Counted from the first letter of the stretch, positions 10,912 to 21,620 are shown. The stretch: 64,000 nt of DNA from Acholeplasma sp. (GCA_036677365.1 JAVBWN010000001.1:16664-80663), one strand, 5' to 3'. Numbers and translations: made by a program. The notes: generated by a model from the sequence alone, not told the origin.

Positions 10912-11451
10912 ATGGACATCGGTAGTAAAATTCGAGAATTACGTCTCGAAAATGGTTTGACGCAAGAAGAACTGGCAAATAGACTTGAGTTATCCAAAGG
11001 CTATATTTCTCAGCTAGAACACAATTTGGCGTCCCCATCCATGAATACGTTGTTTTCAATATTAGAAGTATTAGGTACCGATATCTCTGACTTTTTCAGC
11101 AATCAAATTGAAGAACAAGTGGTCTTTAAAAAGAGCGATTTCTTCGAAAAAGAAAGCCCTGAAATGAAGCATAATGTTAGTTGGATCGTACCGAATGCGT
11201 TAAAATATGAAATGGAGCCCATCCTCATTGAGCTCCTACCCAATGGGAAGTCATTTATGGATGATCCTCATGCAGGGGAAGAATTTGGCTATGTCCTTGA
11301 GGGCGAAGTTACATTGGTACTCAATAAGAAGAAACATGTGGTGAAAACCGGTGAAACCTTCTATTACACCGCCAATAAAGAACACTACCTCATGAATCAT
11401 ACAAATAAAAAGGCGAAAGTACTATGGATTAGTACACCGCCAATGTTTTAG
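10912..11451 (+). CDS. XRE-family HTH plus cupin regulator (PuuR-like)
   Basis: N-terminal LTQEELANRLELSKGYISQLE; cupin HAGEEFGYVLEG. Confidence 0.88.
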   Translation: MDIGSKIRELRLENGLTQEELANRLELSKGYISQLEHNLASPSMNTLFSILEVLGTDISDFFSNQIEEQVVFKKSDFFEKESPEMKHNVSWIVPNALKYEMEPILIELLPNGKSFMDDPHAGEEFGYVLEGEVTLVLNKKKHVVKTGETFYYTANKEHYLMNHTNKKAKVLWISTPPMF

Positions 11452-11465
11452 AAAGGTGATAATAT

Positions 11466-11711
11466 ATGGAAAAAGAAGTCATTGTAAAAAGCACGACTGG
11501 ATTACACGCAAGTCTTGCAGTGAAAATCGTTCAAGCCGCTTCAAAATATGCTGTGAATATCGAATTGCACTACAAGGATAAAGTGGTTGACCTTAAATCC
11601 ATCCTAGGATTGATGTCCTTAGCGATTCCTCAAGGTCAAAACGTGCGCATTGTCGCATCCGGCAAAAACGCTGAAGAAGCCATTAACGAAATCGCAGCCA
11701 TTTTAGTGTAA
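11466..11711 (+). CDS. HPr-family phosphocarrier with an atypical active-site motif
   Basis: GLHASLA (canonical GLHARPA); KSILGLMSL retains the Ser46 motif. Confidence 0.88.
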   Translation: MEKEVIVKSTTGLHASLAVKIVQAASKYAVNIELHYKDKVVDLKSILGLMSLAIPQGQNVRIVASGKNAEEAINEIAAILV

Positions 11712-11721
11712 GGAGATTCAT

Positions 11722-12486
11722 ATGAATAAATTACGTAGACCTGTGATTGCAGGTAACTGGAAAATGTATAAGACCAGAGATGAAGCACTCCAATTCATCT
11801 ATGCGGTCAATCAAGAAGTACCGAGCAGAGATTTGGTTGAATCTGTGGTCTGTGCCAACGATGTATTTTTAAGAGATTTGGTTAAAAGACAAGGTGAAAA
11901 CATCAAGATTGGTGCACAAAACATGCACTATGCTGAAAATGGTGCATTCACTGGGGAAACCTCACCACTCATGCTTGAAACCACTGGCGTTGAATACGTC
12001 ATCATCGGTCATAGCGAACGTCGTGCGATGTTCAATGAAACCGATGAAACGGTTAATTTAAAGGTCCATGCAGCCATTAAACACGAACTTACACCCATCA
12101 TTTGTGTGGGCGAATCTTTAGAAATTAGAGAAGCTGGCACGACAGATGCGGTGGTTAAAAACCAAGTGTTGAAAGCATACCTCAACATCGATCGTCATCA
12201 AGCACTCAAAACCATCATTGCTTATGAACCGATTTGGGCGATTGGAACAGGTAAAACAGCGACACCAGAACAAGCCGAAGAAACCATCAAAAACATCCGT
12301 GAAGTGTTGAAAGACATTTATGGTGAAGACGTTTCTAATCGTGTGAGAATTCTTTATGGGGGTTCTGTCAACACCAAAAATGTCGACAGTTTACTCGCTC
12401 AAGAAAACATCGATGGGGCGTTGGTTGGTGGCGCATCTCTCGATGCAGCAAGCTACTTAACACTCGTCAACGCAGCTAAAAAATAA
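11722..12486 (+). CDS. tpiA: Triosephosphate isomerase
   Basis: AGNWKM, IGHSERR, AYEPIWAIGTG, LVGGASL. Confidence 0.98.
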   Translation: MNKLRRPVIAGNWKMYKTRDEALQFIYAVNQEVPSRDLVESVVCANDVFLRDLVKRQGENIKIGAQNMHYAENGAFTGETSPLMLETTGVEYVIIGHSERRAMFNETDETVNLKVHAAIKHELTPIICVGESLEIREAGTTDAVVKNQVLKAYLNIDRHQALKTIIAYEPIWAIGTGKTATPEQAEETIKNIREVLKDIYGEDVSNRVRILYGGSVNTKNVDSLLAQENIDGALVGGASLDAASYLTLVNAAKK

Positions 12487-12606
12487 CAAAAATCAAACGC
12501 TTATTTTCAAAAGAAATGGGCGTTTTATTTTTTCAATTGATTAAGATTTAAAAGCGCGTATAATAAGTGTGGATACGTGCTTTTTTGTTGGTTAGAGGGG
12601 TTATTT

Positions 12607-13725
12607 GTGAAAGCCATTTTAAAATATATATATAAAGATAAAGTCTTTTTTATTGCCTTGATTGCAGCCTTAATTTCTGTATTATTTGTCCCCATCCACC
12701 CAGGGTACATCGATTACATCAACATTGAAGTGTTGGTGGTGATGTTTTCGTTGATGTTTTCAGTCGCAGGCATGACGGATCAAAATTTCTTCACGATGAT
12801 TGCAGTTAAGATGGTCAAACATTTGAAAGATATGCGCACCATTGCACTGGTCATTGTGATGGCTTCGTTTTTCTTAGGGATGTTGGTTACGAACGATGCT
12901 GTGCTGCTCACTTTGGTACCATTCATGTTATTTGTCACCGGTAAGATTGGTCGTACCAAAGAATCCATCATCATCGTCATATTGATGACTTTAGCTGCCA
13001 ATTTAGGCTCAGCGTTGACACCGATGGGTGACCCCCAAAACATTTATTTGTACACGAATTATGATCTGCCGTTTTGGGACTTTATGCGAAGCACAGCGGT
13101 GATCACAATCACTGGATTTGTGCTGTTGTTGATTTCGATTTGGCTCATTTTCAAACAAGACTTGGTCAAACCCATCGTCGAAGATGTGAAAATCAAAGAC
13201 CATCGAATCTATATTTATTTCGTGACATTCTTCATCGCGATATTGACGGTTTTAGGCCTCATTGAAGCCAAAATATCGATTGTGATCGTATTGTTGCTCG
13301 CACTGGTTTTTGGACGTCATCTTTTTAAAAAGGTCGACTATCATTTATTGCTTACGTTCTTTATGTTTTTCATATTTACCGGCAACATCGGACAGATGGA
13401 TGCGATCAAACAATTTTTTGAATCGATATTGAATAACGAACACAGTGTCTTCTTTACAGGCATCATCACCAGTCAATTCATTTCTAATGTTCCGGCGGCG
13501 GTGCTATTATCCACCTTTACCCCAACCGAATTTATGCTCAACCTTTTACAAGGGGTGAACATCGGTGCCATGGGTACGTTGATTGGTTCATTAGCGAGTT
13601 TGATTACCTTTAAATTTGTCACCAGGTTATACCCTGAACGCTTCAAAGAGTACCTCATCAAATATACCATCATATGTATCATTTACATGGTTGTCATCAT
13701 TGGTGTGGTCTATATCCTAAAGTGA
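12607..13725 (+). CDS. SLC13/ArsB/NhaD-type (CitMHS-like) anion permease
   Basis: TND, AANLGSALTPMGDPQN, SQFISNVPAA; GTG start after GAGGGG. Confidence 0.85.
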   Translation: MKAILKYIYKDKVFFIALIAALISVLFVPIHPGYIDYINIEVLVVMFSLMFSVAGMTDQNFFTMIAVKMVKHLKDMRTIALVIVMASFFLGMLVTNDAVLLTLVPFMLFVTGKIGRTKESIIIVILMTLAANLGSALTPMGDPQNIYLYTNYDLPFWDFMRSTAVITITGFVLLLISIWLIFKQDLVKPIVEDVKIKDHRIYIYFVTFFIAILTVLGLIEAKISIVIVLLLALVFGRHLFKKVDYHLLLTFFMFFIFTGNIGQMDAIKQFFESILNNEHSVFFTGIITSQFISNVPAAVLLSTFTPTEFMLNLLQGVNIGAMGTLIGSLASLITFKFVTRLYPERFKEYLIKYTIICIIYMVVIIGVVYILK

Positions 13726-13794
13726 AATCACCTGAATTAGGTGATTTTTTTTCAAAAATATATGTTACAATTGAACCATATTCGGAGGTAAGTT

Positions 13795-15762
13795 ATGCGA
13801 TATATTAAACAAATCGGATTGTTATTTGTCATCTTTATGGCATTCATCGGGGTTGGTTATTTGCTCAGTTTTCTACCAAAAGTTTGGATATTGGTTGGTC
13901 TTTTCACGAGTATTGCTTTGATCATAGCCATCATGATTGGCAATATCATTGGCATGCAAAAAATCAAAAAACTCATGACAAAAGATTTACGTAAACTCAA
14001 AAGCATGTACGATGAATCCAATCTTAAAGGGTTTGACACCATTGAAGATATTCAAAAGATGTTAAGTAAAAACCACCATCTGACGAATGCTTATTTGGGC
14101 ATAGTCATTTCAGCCCTGATACTTTTACCCGCGTTTTTATTCGCATTAGCCCTACATACCCCAAGCATTCAAATCGCTTTAGTGATATTGATGATGTTTT
14201 ACATTTCCATGACATCCGAGTTATTTGTCTCACCGAACGACCCCTATGGGTATCCGATTGATGCCAAACAATACCCAAAACTTCATGACATACTGTCGTT
14301 AGCCAAATCCCTCATGGGCGTGACTTCACCGGTCAAATTGTATGTTGTTATAGGTAACAACGCGACCATCACCTATGGTAATCGTAAACACCACATTACC
14401 TTAGGTTTACACTTGATTCAGTCTTTAAATGAGAAAGAATTGATGAGTATTCTTTTACATGAACTTGCCCATTTGGTTCACGAAGATTCCTCTAATGCCA
14501 ACCGTTGGTACCGTTCGATTGAATGGTTGGATCGATTATCTCATTCAGGGACAACAAACATCCTTACACAGTTTTTGTTTCAAGCCATGGCCATCTATTC
14601 AAGATTTCAATTTGAAACGTTCAAACAACTCAGTTCGAAGTTCATAGAACAACGCGCCGATGACGCTTTGTTGGATAAAGGAATCAATTCAACTTACATC
14701 AGTGCAGGCTTAAAGATTCAATACTATGAAACATTCCTATTGGAACCATTTATTTTTGCTAACTTAACCACGAAAGAAGAACCCTCCACGACCCATTTTG
14801 AGGATATGCATCAAGAATTCTTGAGCTACTTAGCTGCCAATAAACCCACACTGGATGAACTTATTCCATTGGAACTTGTCCGCAAACGCCATACCCATCC
14901 CACCCTCCATCAACGGATGTCACACTTTGGCGTCGATAGCTTTGAAATCGAACCCATGGGTCCATACGATGAAACAGAATTGAAAGAAATGCTAAAGATT
15001 TTCAATGAGCTTGCTCCTGGTGGGAAGGAAGATTACGATTATACCTATAAATATATATACGCCCCAGCCATCCAAGCAGTGAACGACTATGAAAATAACC
15101 CTACCGAAGAGAAGATGTCATTGTACCGATACATTCTCGGATTATATGATATTGGTCAAGTAGAATCTTACATGAAAGCCACCGAACGATTCATTGAGCT
15201 TTATGGGGGAACGGGGTATCTCCACTATGTCAGAGGGGTCATTCTGATCAACCATTACCACGACCCTAAAGGCATCGATGAAATCTATAAGGCCATTGAA
15301 GTTAGTCCAAAATTCACAGAACAACTCGATGTTATTGGCTATGCTTCGGTGCGACTCGGGTTACAAGAAAAACTCGATGAATTCAAAGTGAAAATGATCG
15401 ATTTGATTGAACATGCCTTTGAAACTGGATTATATACCACTAAAAACAGACGTAAACTCGTATCTGTAGAACCATTCAACTATGAAGAACCCATCATGAA
15501 TTACCTATTGGATGTGATCCAAGGAGAGAATCTCGCCTATTCAGCCTATCTGTTTAAGGAAACGTATGCCGATGGCCTACAACAAAACCACCTGATCCTC
15601 ACTGCGAACATCGAAGACCAACAACGATTCTATTTGGGTATTCAAAAAGTGAAGATGGCGTTATCTCTCGACAACCAAATGTATCAACTGACCACCCATA
15701 TGTCGAAATACTACTTCAATAAATTGTTTCAAAAAGTTCAGCCTTTTTACACCAAAGAATAA
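13795..15762 (+). CDS. M48-family membrane zinc metalloprotease with C-terminal helical (TPR-like) region
   Basis: HELAH, EQRAD, THPTL...R motifs; N-terminal TM helices. Confidence 0.8.
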   Translation: MRYIKQIGLLFVIFMAFIGVGYLLSFLPKVWILVGLFTSIALIIAIMIGNIIGMQKIKKLMTKDLRKLKSMYDESNLKGFDTIEDIQKMLSKNHHLTNAYLGIVISALILLPAFLFALALHTPSIQIALVILMMFYISMTSELFVSPNDPYGYPIDAKQYPKLHDILSLAKSLMGVTSPVKLYVVIGNNATITYGNRKHHITLGLHLIQSLNEKELMSILLHELAHLVHEDSSNANRWYRSIEWLDRLSHSGTTNILTQFLFQAMAIYSRFQFETFKQLSSKFIEQRADDALLDKGINSTYISAGLKIQYYETFLLEPFIFANLTTKEEPSTTHFEDMHQEFLSYLAANKPTLDELIPLELVRKRHTHPTLHQRMSHFGVDSFEIEPMGPYDETELKEMLKIFNELAPGGKEDYDYTYKYIYAPAIQAVNDYENNPTEEKMSLYRYILGLYDIGQVESYMKATERFIELYGGTGYLHYVRGVILINHYHDPKGIDEIYKAIEVSPKFTEQLDVIGYASVRLGLQEKLDEFKVKMIDLIEHAFETGLYTTKNRRKLVSVEPFNYEEPIMNYLLDVIQGENLAYSAYLFKETYADGLQQNHLILTANIEDQQRFYLGIQKVKMALSLDNQMYQLTTHMSKYYFNKLFQKVQPFYTKE

Positions 15763-15764
15763 GA

Positions 15765-15792
15765 AAAAAAGCATCCAAATCGGATGCTTTTT
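15765..15792. terminator. Bidirectional intrinsic terminator between the M48 gene and rpsD
   Basis: A-tract, GCATCC stem, loop, GGATGC, T-tract. Confidence 0.8.
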
Positions 15793-15800
15793 AAGTTCAA

Positions 15801-16400
15801 TTAGCGGTTGTAGAATTCAACGATTAGTTGTTCTTTAACGTCTGGCATAACTTCATTTCTTTCTGGATATCTGACGAATGTACCTACCAATGTAGCTTCA
15901 TCGAAAGACACGTAATCCTTGCGTAATACCATCTTTTCAAGCGCAGCCTTGATGACTGTAAGCCCTTTGGATGTTTCACGTAAAGATACTTTTTGTCCAG
16001 GAACTAAACGGTAAGATGGAATATCCACTTTGTTACCGTCAACCAAGAAATGACCGTGGTTGACCAATTGTCTGGCTTGTGCTCTTGTAGCTGCGTAACC
16101 TAAACGATAAACAACGTTATCTAATCTAGATTCAAGTAACTTCAAGAAGTTTTCACCGTGAACACCAGCGAGTTTTCTAGCTTCAACGAATGTCTTATGG
16201 AATTGCTTTTCAGAAACGCCATAGGTAAATCTAACCTTTTGCTTTTCTTGAAGTTGTTGACCATATTCGCTGACTTTACCTCTGCGTTGACCATGTTGGC
16301 CAGGTGCGTACGGACGACGTTGTAATTCTTTTCCTGTTTCAGAAATAGAATAGTTCAAACGACGGGAAATTTTCCAAGATGGACCTGTGTAACGACTCAT
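15801..16400 (-). CDS. rpsD: 30S ribosomal protein S4
   Basis: [44 protein letters not shown]. Confidence 0.98.
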   Translation of the reverse strand: MSRYTGPSWKISRRLNYSISETGKELQRRPYAPGQHGQRRGKVSEYGQQLQEKQKVRFTYGVSEKQFHKTFVEARKLAGVHGENFLKLLESRLDNVVYRLGYAATRAQARQLVNHGHFLVDGNKVDIPSYRLVPGQKVSLRETSKGLTVIKAALEKMVLRKDYVSFDEATLVGTFVRYPERNEVMPDVKEQLIVEFYNR

Positions 16401-16409
16401 TATTTTTAC

Positions 16410-16552
16410 CTCCTTATAGATTTGGTGGTAAAAATGCATGTTCAATGTTAAGGTGATCTTCAAATCGTGTTCGCCTTAAAGCAGAAAGGTTACTAGCTAC
16501 CCCAGTGGGAAGAGATCAGAATCTTAAATTGTTGTGCCTGCTTTTACCGACA
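16410..16552 (-). promoter_or_regulatory. Long rpsD 5' leader (probable S4 autoregulatory leader)
   Basis: TTGACA-17-TATAAT on the minus strand (16560-16588) gives a ~150-nt UTR containing GUAGCU..GUAACC..CUGC..GGCGAA; family assignment inferred. Confidence 0.55.
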
Positions 16553-16587
16553 AGTGATATTATATACAATTGTGTGGGTAATGTCAA

Positions 16588-17031
16588 TTATATTTCATAT
16601 AAATCGATGATGATCTCAGAAAGCTTTTCAAAAAAGATTTGTAGCTTCGAATCAAATCGATTAAATAGCGGACTATCGATGTCCATGACACCGATCGCTT
16701 GTCCATGTTTAAACAAGGGAATCACGAGTTCTGAATTCGAATTGGAATCACAGGCGATGTGACCTTCAAATAAGTGCACATCAGGCACATTTAAAATCTT
16801 TTTTTGTTGTAAAGAAGTGCCGCACACCCCTTTACCCAAATCGATTTCAACACAGGCTGGTAAGCCTTGGAATGGCCCTAGAATGAGTTTGTTTTGTTCA
16901 AACAAGTAAAAGCCTGCCCAGTTTAAATCCGGGACGTAAGCCTTGATAAATGCGCTGGCGTTGGACAACAGTGAGACATTGTTTTTGGTTTCTTTTAAGA
17001 GTGCTTCAGCACTTTGTAATAACAGTTCCAT
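16588..17031 (-). CDS. msrC: GAF-domain free methionine-R-sulfoxide reductase (MsrC/YebR-like)
   Basis: NWAGFY, LGPFQG.PAC, GKGVCG, HIACD, SELVIP, DIDS. Confidence 0.9.
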   Translation of the reverse strand: MELLLQSAEALLKETKNNVSLLSNASAFIKAYVPDLNWAGFYLFEQNKLILGPFQGLPACVEIDLGKGVCGTSLQQKKILNVPDVHLFEGHIACDSNSNSELVIPLFKHGQAIGVMDIDSPLFNRFDSKLQIFFEKLSEIIIDLYEI

Positions 17032-17112
17032 GGGGTATACTCCTTTATCATAACAACACCATTATATCAAAAAATAGCATCAGTTTATGGTAAAATGGTT
17101 TTTGGTGATAAT

Positions 17113-18375
17113 ATGTCCACATATGATAAAGTACTCATTCGCTTTGGCGATTTGATGCTTAAAGGAAAAAATCAAAAAATATTTAGAGAACGTGCCATCG
17201 CACTTTTAAAACAAAATACAAAACACTTGGACGTGACTTTAGAAAAAAGACACGACAGGCTGTTTTTAGTCATTCAAAACGAGGATATGAAAAAGATTGA
17301 ACAAGCCTTAATGCACGTCACTGGGATTGGGTCTTTTAGCTTTGTCATGACCTCAGGCAAAGATTACGATACCATCATTGAAAATGCCATCGCACTCATT
17401 GTCAATGAAGTGAAGACCAAAAAGACATTCAAGGTGGAAACGAAACGTACAGACAAGAGCTTACCACATACCTCTCAAGAAATCACACAAATATTGTCCA
17501 AAGGGATTTTAAAAGGTGTACATGAACTGGTGACGGTAGATGTCAAAAATCCAGAAGTCACCTTACATGTAGAAATCAATGAAACCGAAGCCCTCATCTA
17601 TTTAGATTCGAAAAAAGGGTTGGGCGGCTTCCCTGTGGGTGTTGCTGGTAAAGGGCTCTTACTCATTTCTGGGGGGATTGACTCACCTGTTGCTGGATTT
17701 TTAGCCATGAAACAAGGGGTAGAAGTCGAAGGGATTCACTTTGAATCCACACCGATGACCTCGATCGAATCGGCTCAAAAAGTGATTGAACTCGCAAAGA
17801 AGATGTCTTTATATAGTTACAGACAAGAATTTCGTTTACACATGGTACCTTTCTTTAAATTACATCAAGAAATCATTGCGAGAATCTCACCAAGCTATGT
17901 GATTACAGTGATGCGTCGAATGTTCTTTAGGGTCTCAGAAAAAGTGGCTCAAAAAAGACATGCGTTGGTCATTGTTACGGGTGAATCGATTGGACAAGTG
18001 GCGTCACAAACCTTAGATTCGATGCATACCATTGAAGCCGTGACGAGTATCCCAATCATCAGACCATTGGTCACCACCGATAAGCAAGACATCATTAAGT
18101 TATCCAAACAAATCGATACGTATGATATTTCAATTCAACCCTTTGAGGATTGTTGTACAATCTATACCCCAACCGGTTCTTCGACCAAACCCAACATTAA
18201 AAAAGCATTAATCAACGAGAAGTTTATGGTGGATTATGATAAAATAATAGATGAAATCGTGGCCGAAACGAAGACATTCGTGATTACTCCAAACAGTGAT
18301 ATTCGTTTGGATCAACACGGGTTCACAGTCACGGAAGCCTGGGAGGCTATGCATGATCACATCGAAGGACAATGA
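17113..18375 (+). CDS. thiI: tRNA 4-thiouridine synthase ThiI (no rhodanese domain)
   Basis: THUMP domain, SGGIDSPVA PP-loop, GESIGQVASQT, EDCC. Confidence 0.95.
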   Translation: MSTYDKVLIRFGDLMLKGKNQKIFRERAIALLKQNTKHLDVTLEKRHDRLFLVIQNEDMKKIEQALMHVTGIGSFSFVMTSGKDYDTIIENAIALIVNEVKTKKTFKVETKRTDKSLPHTSQEITQILSKGILKGVHELVTVDVKNPEVTLHVEINETEALIYLDSKKGLGGFPVGVAGKGLLLISGGIDSPVAGFLAMKQGVEVEGIHFESTPMTSIESAQKVIELAKKMSLYSYRQEFRLHMVPFFKLHQEIIARISPSYVITVMRRMFFRVSEKVAQKRHALVIVTGESIGQVASQTLDSMHTIEAVTSIPIIRPLVTTDKQDIIKLSKQIDTYDISIQPFEDCCTIYTPTGSSTKPNIKKALINEKFMVDYDKIIDEIVAETKTFVITPNSDIRLDQHGFTVTEAWEAMHDHIEGQ

Positions 18376-19060
18376 TCAAATCAAACACATCCTTAAACTT
18401 CAAACGAAAAAGCATCGTGATTTACATCAGGCTTTTTTGGTTTATGGCACACATGCAGTAGAAGAAGCCATCAAACAAGGTTTTGAAATCGATGTATATA
18501 CATCAAACCCTAACCAAGCTGGCACTTTAATCAGTGCATCATTGATGAAGCAGTTGTCACTGACCGATTCCCCGTTAACGGTACTCGGTATCGTGAAAAA
18601 ACCACAACCCAAACCCTTATCTAAACGTATTCTTATGTTAGAGGATGTTCAAGACCCAGGCAATGTCGGTACGCTCATTCGTAGCGCCGTTGGTTTTGGA
18701 TTTCAAACCATCATCGCTTCCGATAATTCAGCAGACTTTTATAATGACAAAACCATCCGCGCGACGCAAGGTAACTTGTTTTATGCGAATCTCTTGAGAC
18801 AACCTTTAATAGAAACCATTCACCATTTAAAACAACAAGGCTATACCGTTTACGCGACGGCTTTAGGTAGAAACGCATTAGATATAAAAAACATCCAAGT
18901 ACCCGAAAAGTGCGTATTAGTTTTAGGCAATGAAGGCGCGGGTGTTTCTAAAGAAATCATGGCAATCTCAGATCAATTGATTTATATAAAAACCAAAGAT
19001 ATCGAATCCTTAAATGTCGCGATGGCAGGGTCGATCATCATGTACGAATGGCAGGTGTGA
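18353..19060 (+). CDS. TrmH/SpoU RNA methyltransferase
   Basis: VQDPGNVGTLIR, LGNEGAG, ESLNVA. Confidence 0.92.
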   Translation: MITSKDNDQIKHILKLQTKKHRDLHQAFLVYGTHAVEEAIKQGFEIDVYTSNPNQAGTLISASLMKQLSLTDSPLTVLGIVKKPQPKPLSKRILMLEDVQDPGNVGTLIRSAVGFGFQTIIASDNSADFYNDKTIRATQGNLFYANLLRQPLIETIHHLKQQGYTVYATALGRNALDIKNIQVPEKCVLVLGNEGAGVSKEIMAISDQLIYIKTKDIESLNVAMAGSIIMYEWQV

Positions 19061-19062
19061 CT

Positions 19063-19932
19063 ATGAGTTTAACTGGCTTTTTTGACCAAACAACCCAATC
19101 GATCGATGGACAACTTGAGGTGGCGAAGGACCTTGACATCAAGCTGTTGTCTTTGAGGTACTTTGATAACCAACCCTTGTTATCGGTAGATCCAAATACA
19201 CTCAAACAGCTCCCAATCCGTTTAAAAAAGGATAAATGGAGTCTACAAGTGATCGATGCGATGTATCGTTATCACTTATCCACCATCAACAAAAACGATT
19301 TAACATTACTATTTCAAAATGCCGAGACATTAGGCACGAAATATTTGATTTTAACTTTACCATCCTTAGATAGCTTCGATGTCCAACATGACCAATTGGT
19401 AGAGCATATCAAGTATCTATTGGATGAAACGAAGAAGAAGCATTTTGAATTGGTGTTTGCGATACCTCGTGGATACGCGGTTGGGCAAATCGCTTATTTG
19501 ATCAATGAAATCAAAACCATCCGTTTTGTGTTCGATGCCGGATTGATCCATCAAATCGGGTCATCGGTGACGACCAGTTACAGGATCCTCAAAAACAACA
19601 CACAACTCATCCGCATTTACGATATTGAAAAAGAGAATCAGCCTTACTTATTGGGCTTTGGCGTTTCAAACATCATTGAGGTCTTAAAAAAAGCCAATCG
19701 AGATAAGTTTAAGGGGTTATATGTGATGGATAATAACTTAGCATCCTACATCGAAAATAGACAATCGGTGTATCAACAAAAGAAGTTTTTAGGCCTATTC
19801 TCAAAAAACAAAAAAGAAAAGGTCCAATATCAAAAAATGGACCAAAAGTTACATATTCCAAATGAGCAGGCATTATCGATGCTAGATATGCATAAGATTT
19901 ACATATCCGTCATTAAAAAAGTCATTGAGTAA
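19063..19932 (+). CDS. Degenerate xylose-isomerase-like (AP endonuclease 2) TIM-barrel protein
   Basis: N-terminal LTGFFD...QLEVAK.L.IK.LSLR resembles sugar-phosphate isomerases; metal ligands not evident. Confidence 0.5.
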   Translation: MSLTGFFDQTTQSIDGQLEVAKDLDIKLLSLRYFDNQPLLSVDPNTLKQLPIRLKKDKWSLQVIDAMYRYHLSTINKNDLTLLFQNAETLGTKYLILTLPSLDSFDVQHDQLVEHIKYLLDETKKKHFELVFAIPRGYAVGQIAYLINEIKTIRFVFDAGLIHQIGSSVTTSYRILKNNTQLIRIYDIEKENQPYLLGFGVSNIIEVLKKANRDKFKGLYVMDNNLASYIENRQSVYQQKKFLGLFSKNKKEKVQYQKMDQKLHIPNEQALSMLDMHKIYISVIKKVIE

Positions 19933-19980
19933 AAGGTGATCAATCACCTTTTTTTGATAAAAAAATAACGAGTTTCCTCG

Positions 19981-20565
19981 TTATTCATCCAACAAATCTT
20001 CAGGTTCGAATTCTTCAAACAATGGTTTAGCGCCAGGGATTTCAGGGTACAACTTAGTCGTAAACATGATGCCATCTAAATGGTCATACTCATGTTGGAA
20101 GACGGTCGCTGGATAGCCTGTAAGCGACCCGCGTTTCAACTTAAACCCATTGGATTCGACATCATAAACAAATGCTTCAAATTTGATGCTTAAATGTCTA
20201 GGCGTTAAACCCTCTGTGGGTCTATCGACAGAAAGACACCCTTCGCCCCCATTTAAATAAACCATCTCTTCTGATCTTTGGGTAATTTTTGGGTTAACCA
20301 CAATCATCGAATACAACTTGCCATCGACATCGTGGACATGCATCGCGAACATCCTTTTAGACACATTGATTTGTGGTGCAGCAATCCCAACACCGGGTCT
20401 TAGTTTATATTTTTCTGCCAATTCATCGTCTTGTGAGTTGATTACATATTGAAACAAAGAAAAGGCGATTTGTTTGTCTTCATCCGAAATTGGCATCGCT
20501 ACTTTGTCCGCGACACGCGTTAAAGTAGGGTGACCTTCGCGGATGATATCTTTCATTAAAATCAT
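19981..20565 (-). CDS. def: Peptide deformylase
   Basis: GVGIAAPQ, EGCLS, QHEYDH. Confidence 0.96.
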   Translation of the reverse strand: MILMKDIIREGHPTLTRVADKVAMPISDEDKQIAFSLFQYVINSQDDELAEKYKLRPGVGIAAPQINVSKRMFAMHVHDVDGKLYSMIVVNPKITQRSEEMVYLNGGEGCLSVDRPTEGLTPRHLSIKFEAFVYDVESNGFKLKRGSLTGYPATVFQHEYDHLDGIMFTTKLYPEIPGAKPLFEEFEPEDLLDE

Positions 20566-20661
20566 ATCAAACACCTCGTGTTAATTATAACATATTTACA
20601 AATTATCGTGCTTGTTTTGACAAAAAAACCAAAAAAACGTATAGTATTTATGGGTGATGTT

Positions 20662-21057
20662 ATGGACCGTATGGCCATTATATTTAAAGCATATGAAGTC
20701 GCAGACGAAATTAAATCCACACAAGCGTTTAAAGACTTGGTCTACTATGGCCAGTACATGCAAACCCAGTTGAAAAATGAAGTGGAAGCCTATCAAAAGG
20801 CGATGGCTAAATTCAATGAAGTTCAAAGTCAAGGTGGGTCTTACCACCCCGATTTTAAGCAAATCATTTTAGCCTTGGGGATTGCGAAAAGGGCTTTGTA
20901 TGAAAACGAGGCTGTGAAAAAATACTTAGCGGCGGAAAAAATCATTCAACAAACATTGGATGATTTATCGAGAGATTTGGGTCAAACCATCTCTTCGCAC
21001 GTTAAAGTACCGAATGAACTGGGTTTATTTAAGGAGAATAGTTGTCATGTTGGTTAA
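20662..21057 (+). CDS. YlbF/YmcA-family regulator
   Basis: Helical protein ending TISSHVKVPN; paired with a ylbG-like gene as in Bacilli. Confidence 0.75.
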   Translation: MDRMAIIFKAYEVADEIKSTQAFKDLVYYGQYMQTQLKNEVEAYQKAMAKFNEVQSQGGSYHPDFKQIILALGIAKRALYENEAVKKYLAAEKIIQQTLDDLSRDLGQTISSHVKVPNELGLFKENSCHVG

Positions 21058-21280
21058 TCGTATATCGTATATTGTCTACTTCAAAAATAAAGAAGTGGTC
21101 AACAAAATAGAAGAATTGGACGTCAAAGTGTTCTATGTCTCACAAAAATCCAAGTATTGTACCATCTATTTGGATAAGAACAAAGAAAAAGAAGTGAGAC
21201 AAGCCTTAGAGAAGATGAAAGGTGTATCACGCTATGAACCTTCTTTATTACAAGCACAAGATGTAAAATTCGAAGTGTAA
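21047..21280 (+). CDS. YlbG-family (DUF2129) protein
   Basis: R.SYIVY...YVSQKSKY.TIY...EPS pattern; AAGGAG RBS. Confidence 0.75.
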   Translation: MLVNRISYIVYFKNKEVVNKIEELDVKVFYVSQKSKYCTIYLDKNKEKEVRQALEKMKGVSRYEPSLLQAQDVKFEV

Positions 21281-21353
21281 AGGAAAAATGCTTGACATTA
21301 TCTTTTCCACGCGTATAATAGTAGTGGAAAGATAAAAAAGGAGTGAACAAACT

Positions 21354-21599
21354 ATGGTAAAAATCAGATTACAACGTTTCGGATCCAATAAGAGCCCATT
21401 CTATCGCGTGGTTGCTACTGACGCAACATCACCAAGAGATGGACGTTTCCTAGAAGTCATTGGTACATATAACCCAGTTAAGAATCCAGCTATTGTTGAC
21501 ATCGACAAAGATAAAGCAGCAAAATGGATCAACAACGGCGCTAAACCAACCGAAACTGTCAAGAGCTTATTCAAAAAGTATTCCGTTTTAGAAAAATAA
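21354..21599 (+). CDS. rpsP: 30S ribosomal protein S16
   Basis: [10 protein letters not shown]...PFYRVV...PRDGRF...YNP. Confidence 0.98.
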   Translation: MVKIRLQRFGSNKSPFYRVVATDATSPRDGRFLEVIGTYNPVKNPAIVDIDKDKAAKWINNGAKPTETVKSLFKKYSVLEK

Positions 21600-21620
21600 C
21601 ATCAAGGGGGATCGAGGAAC

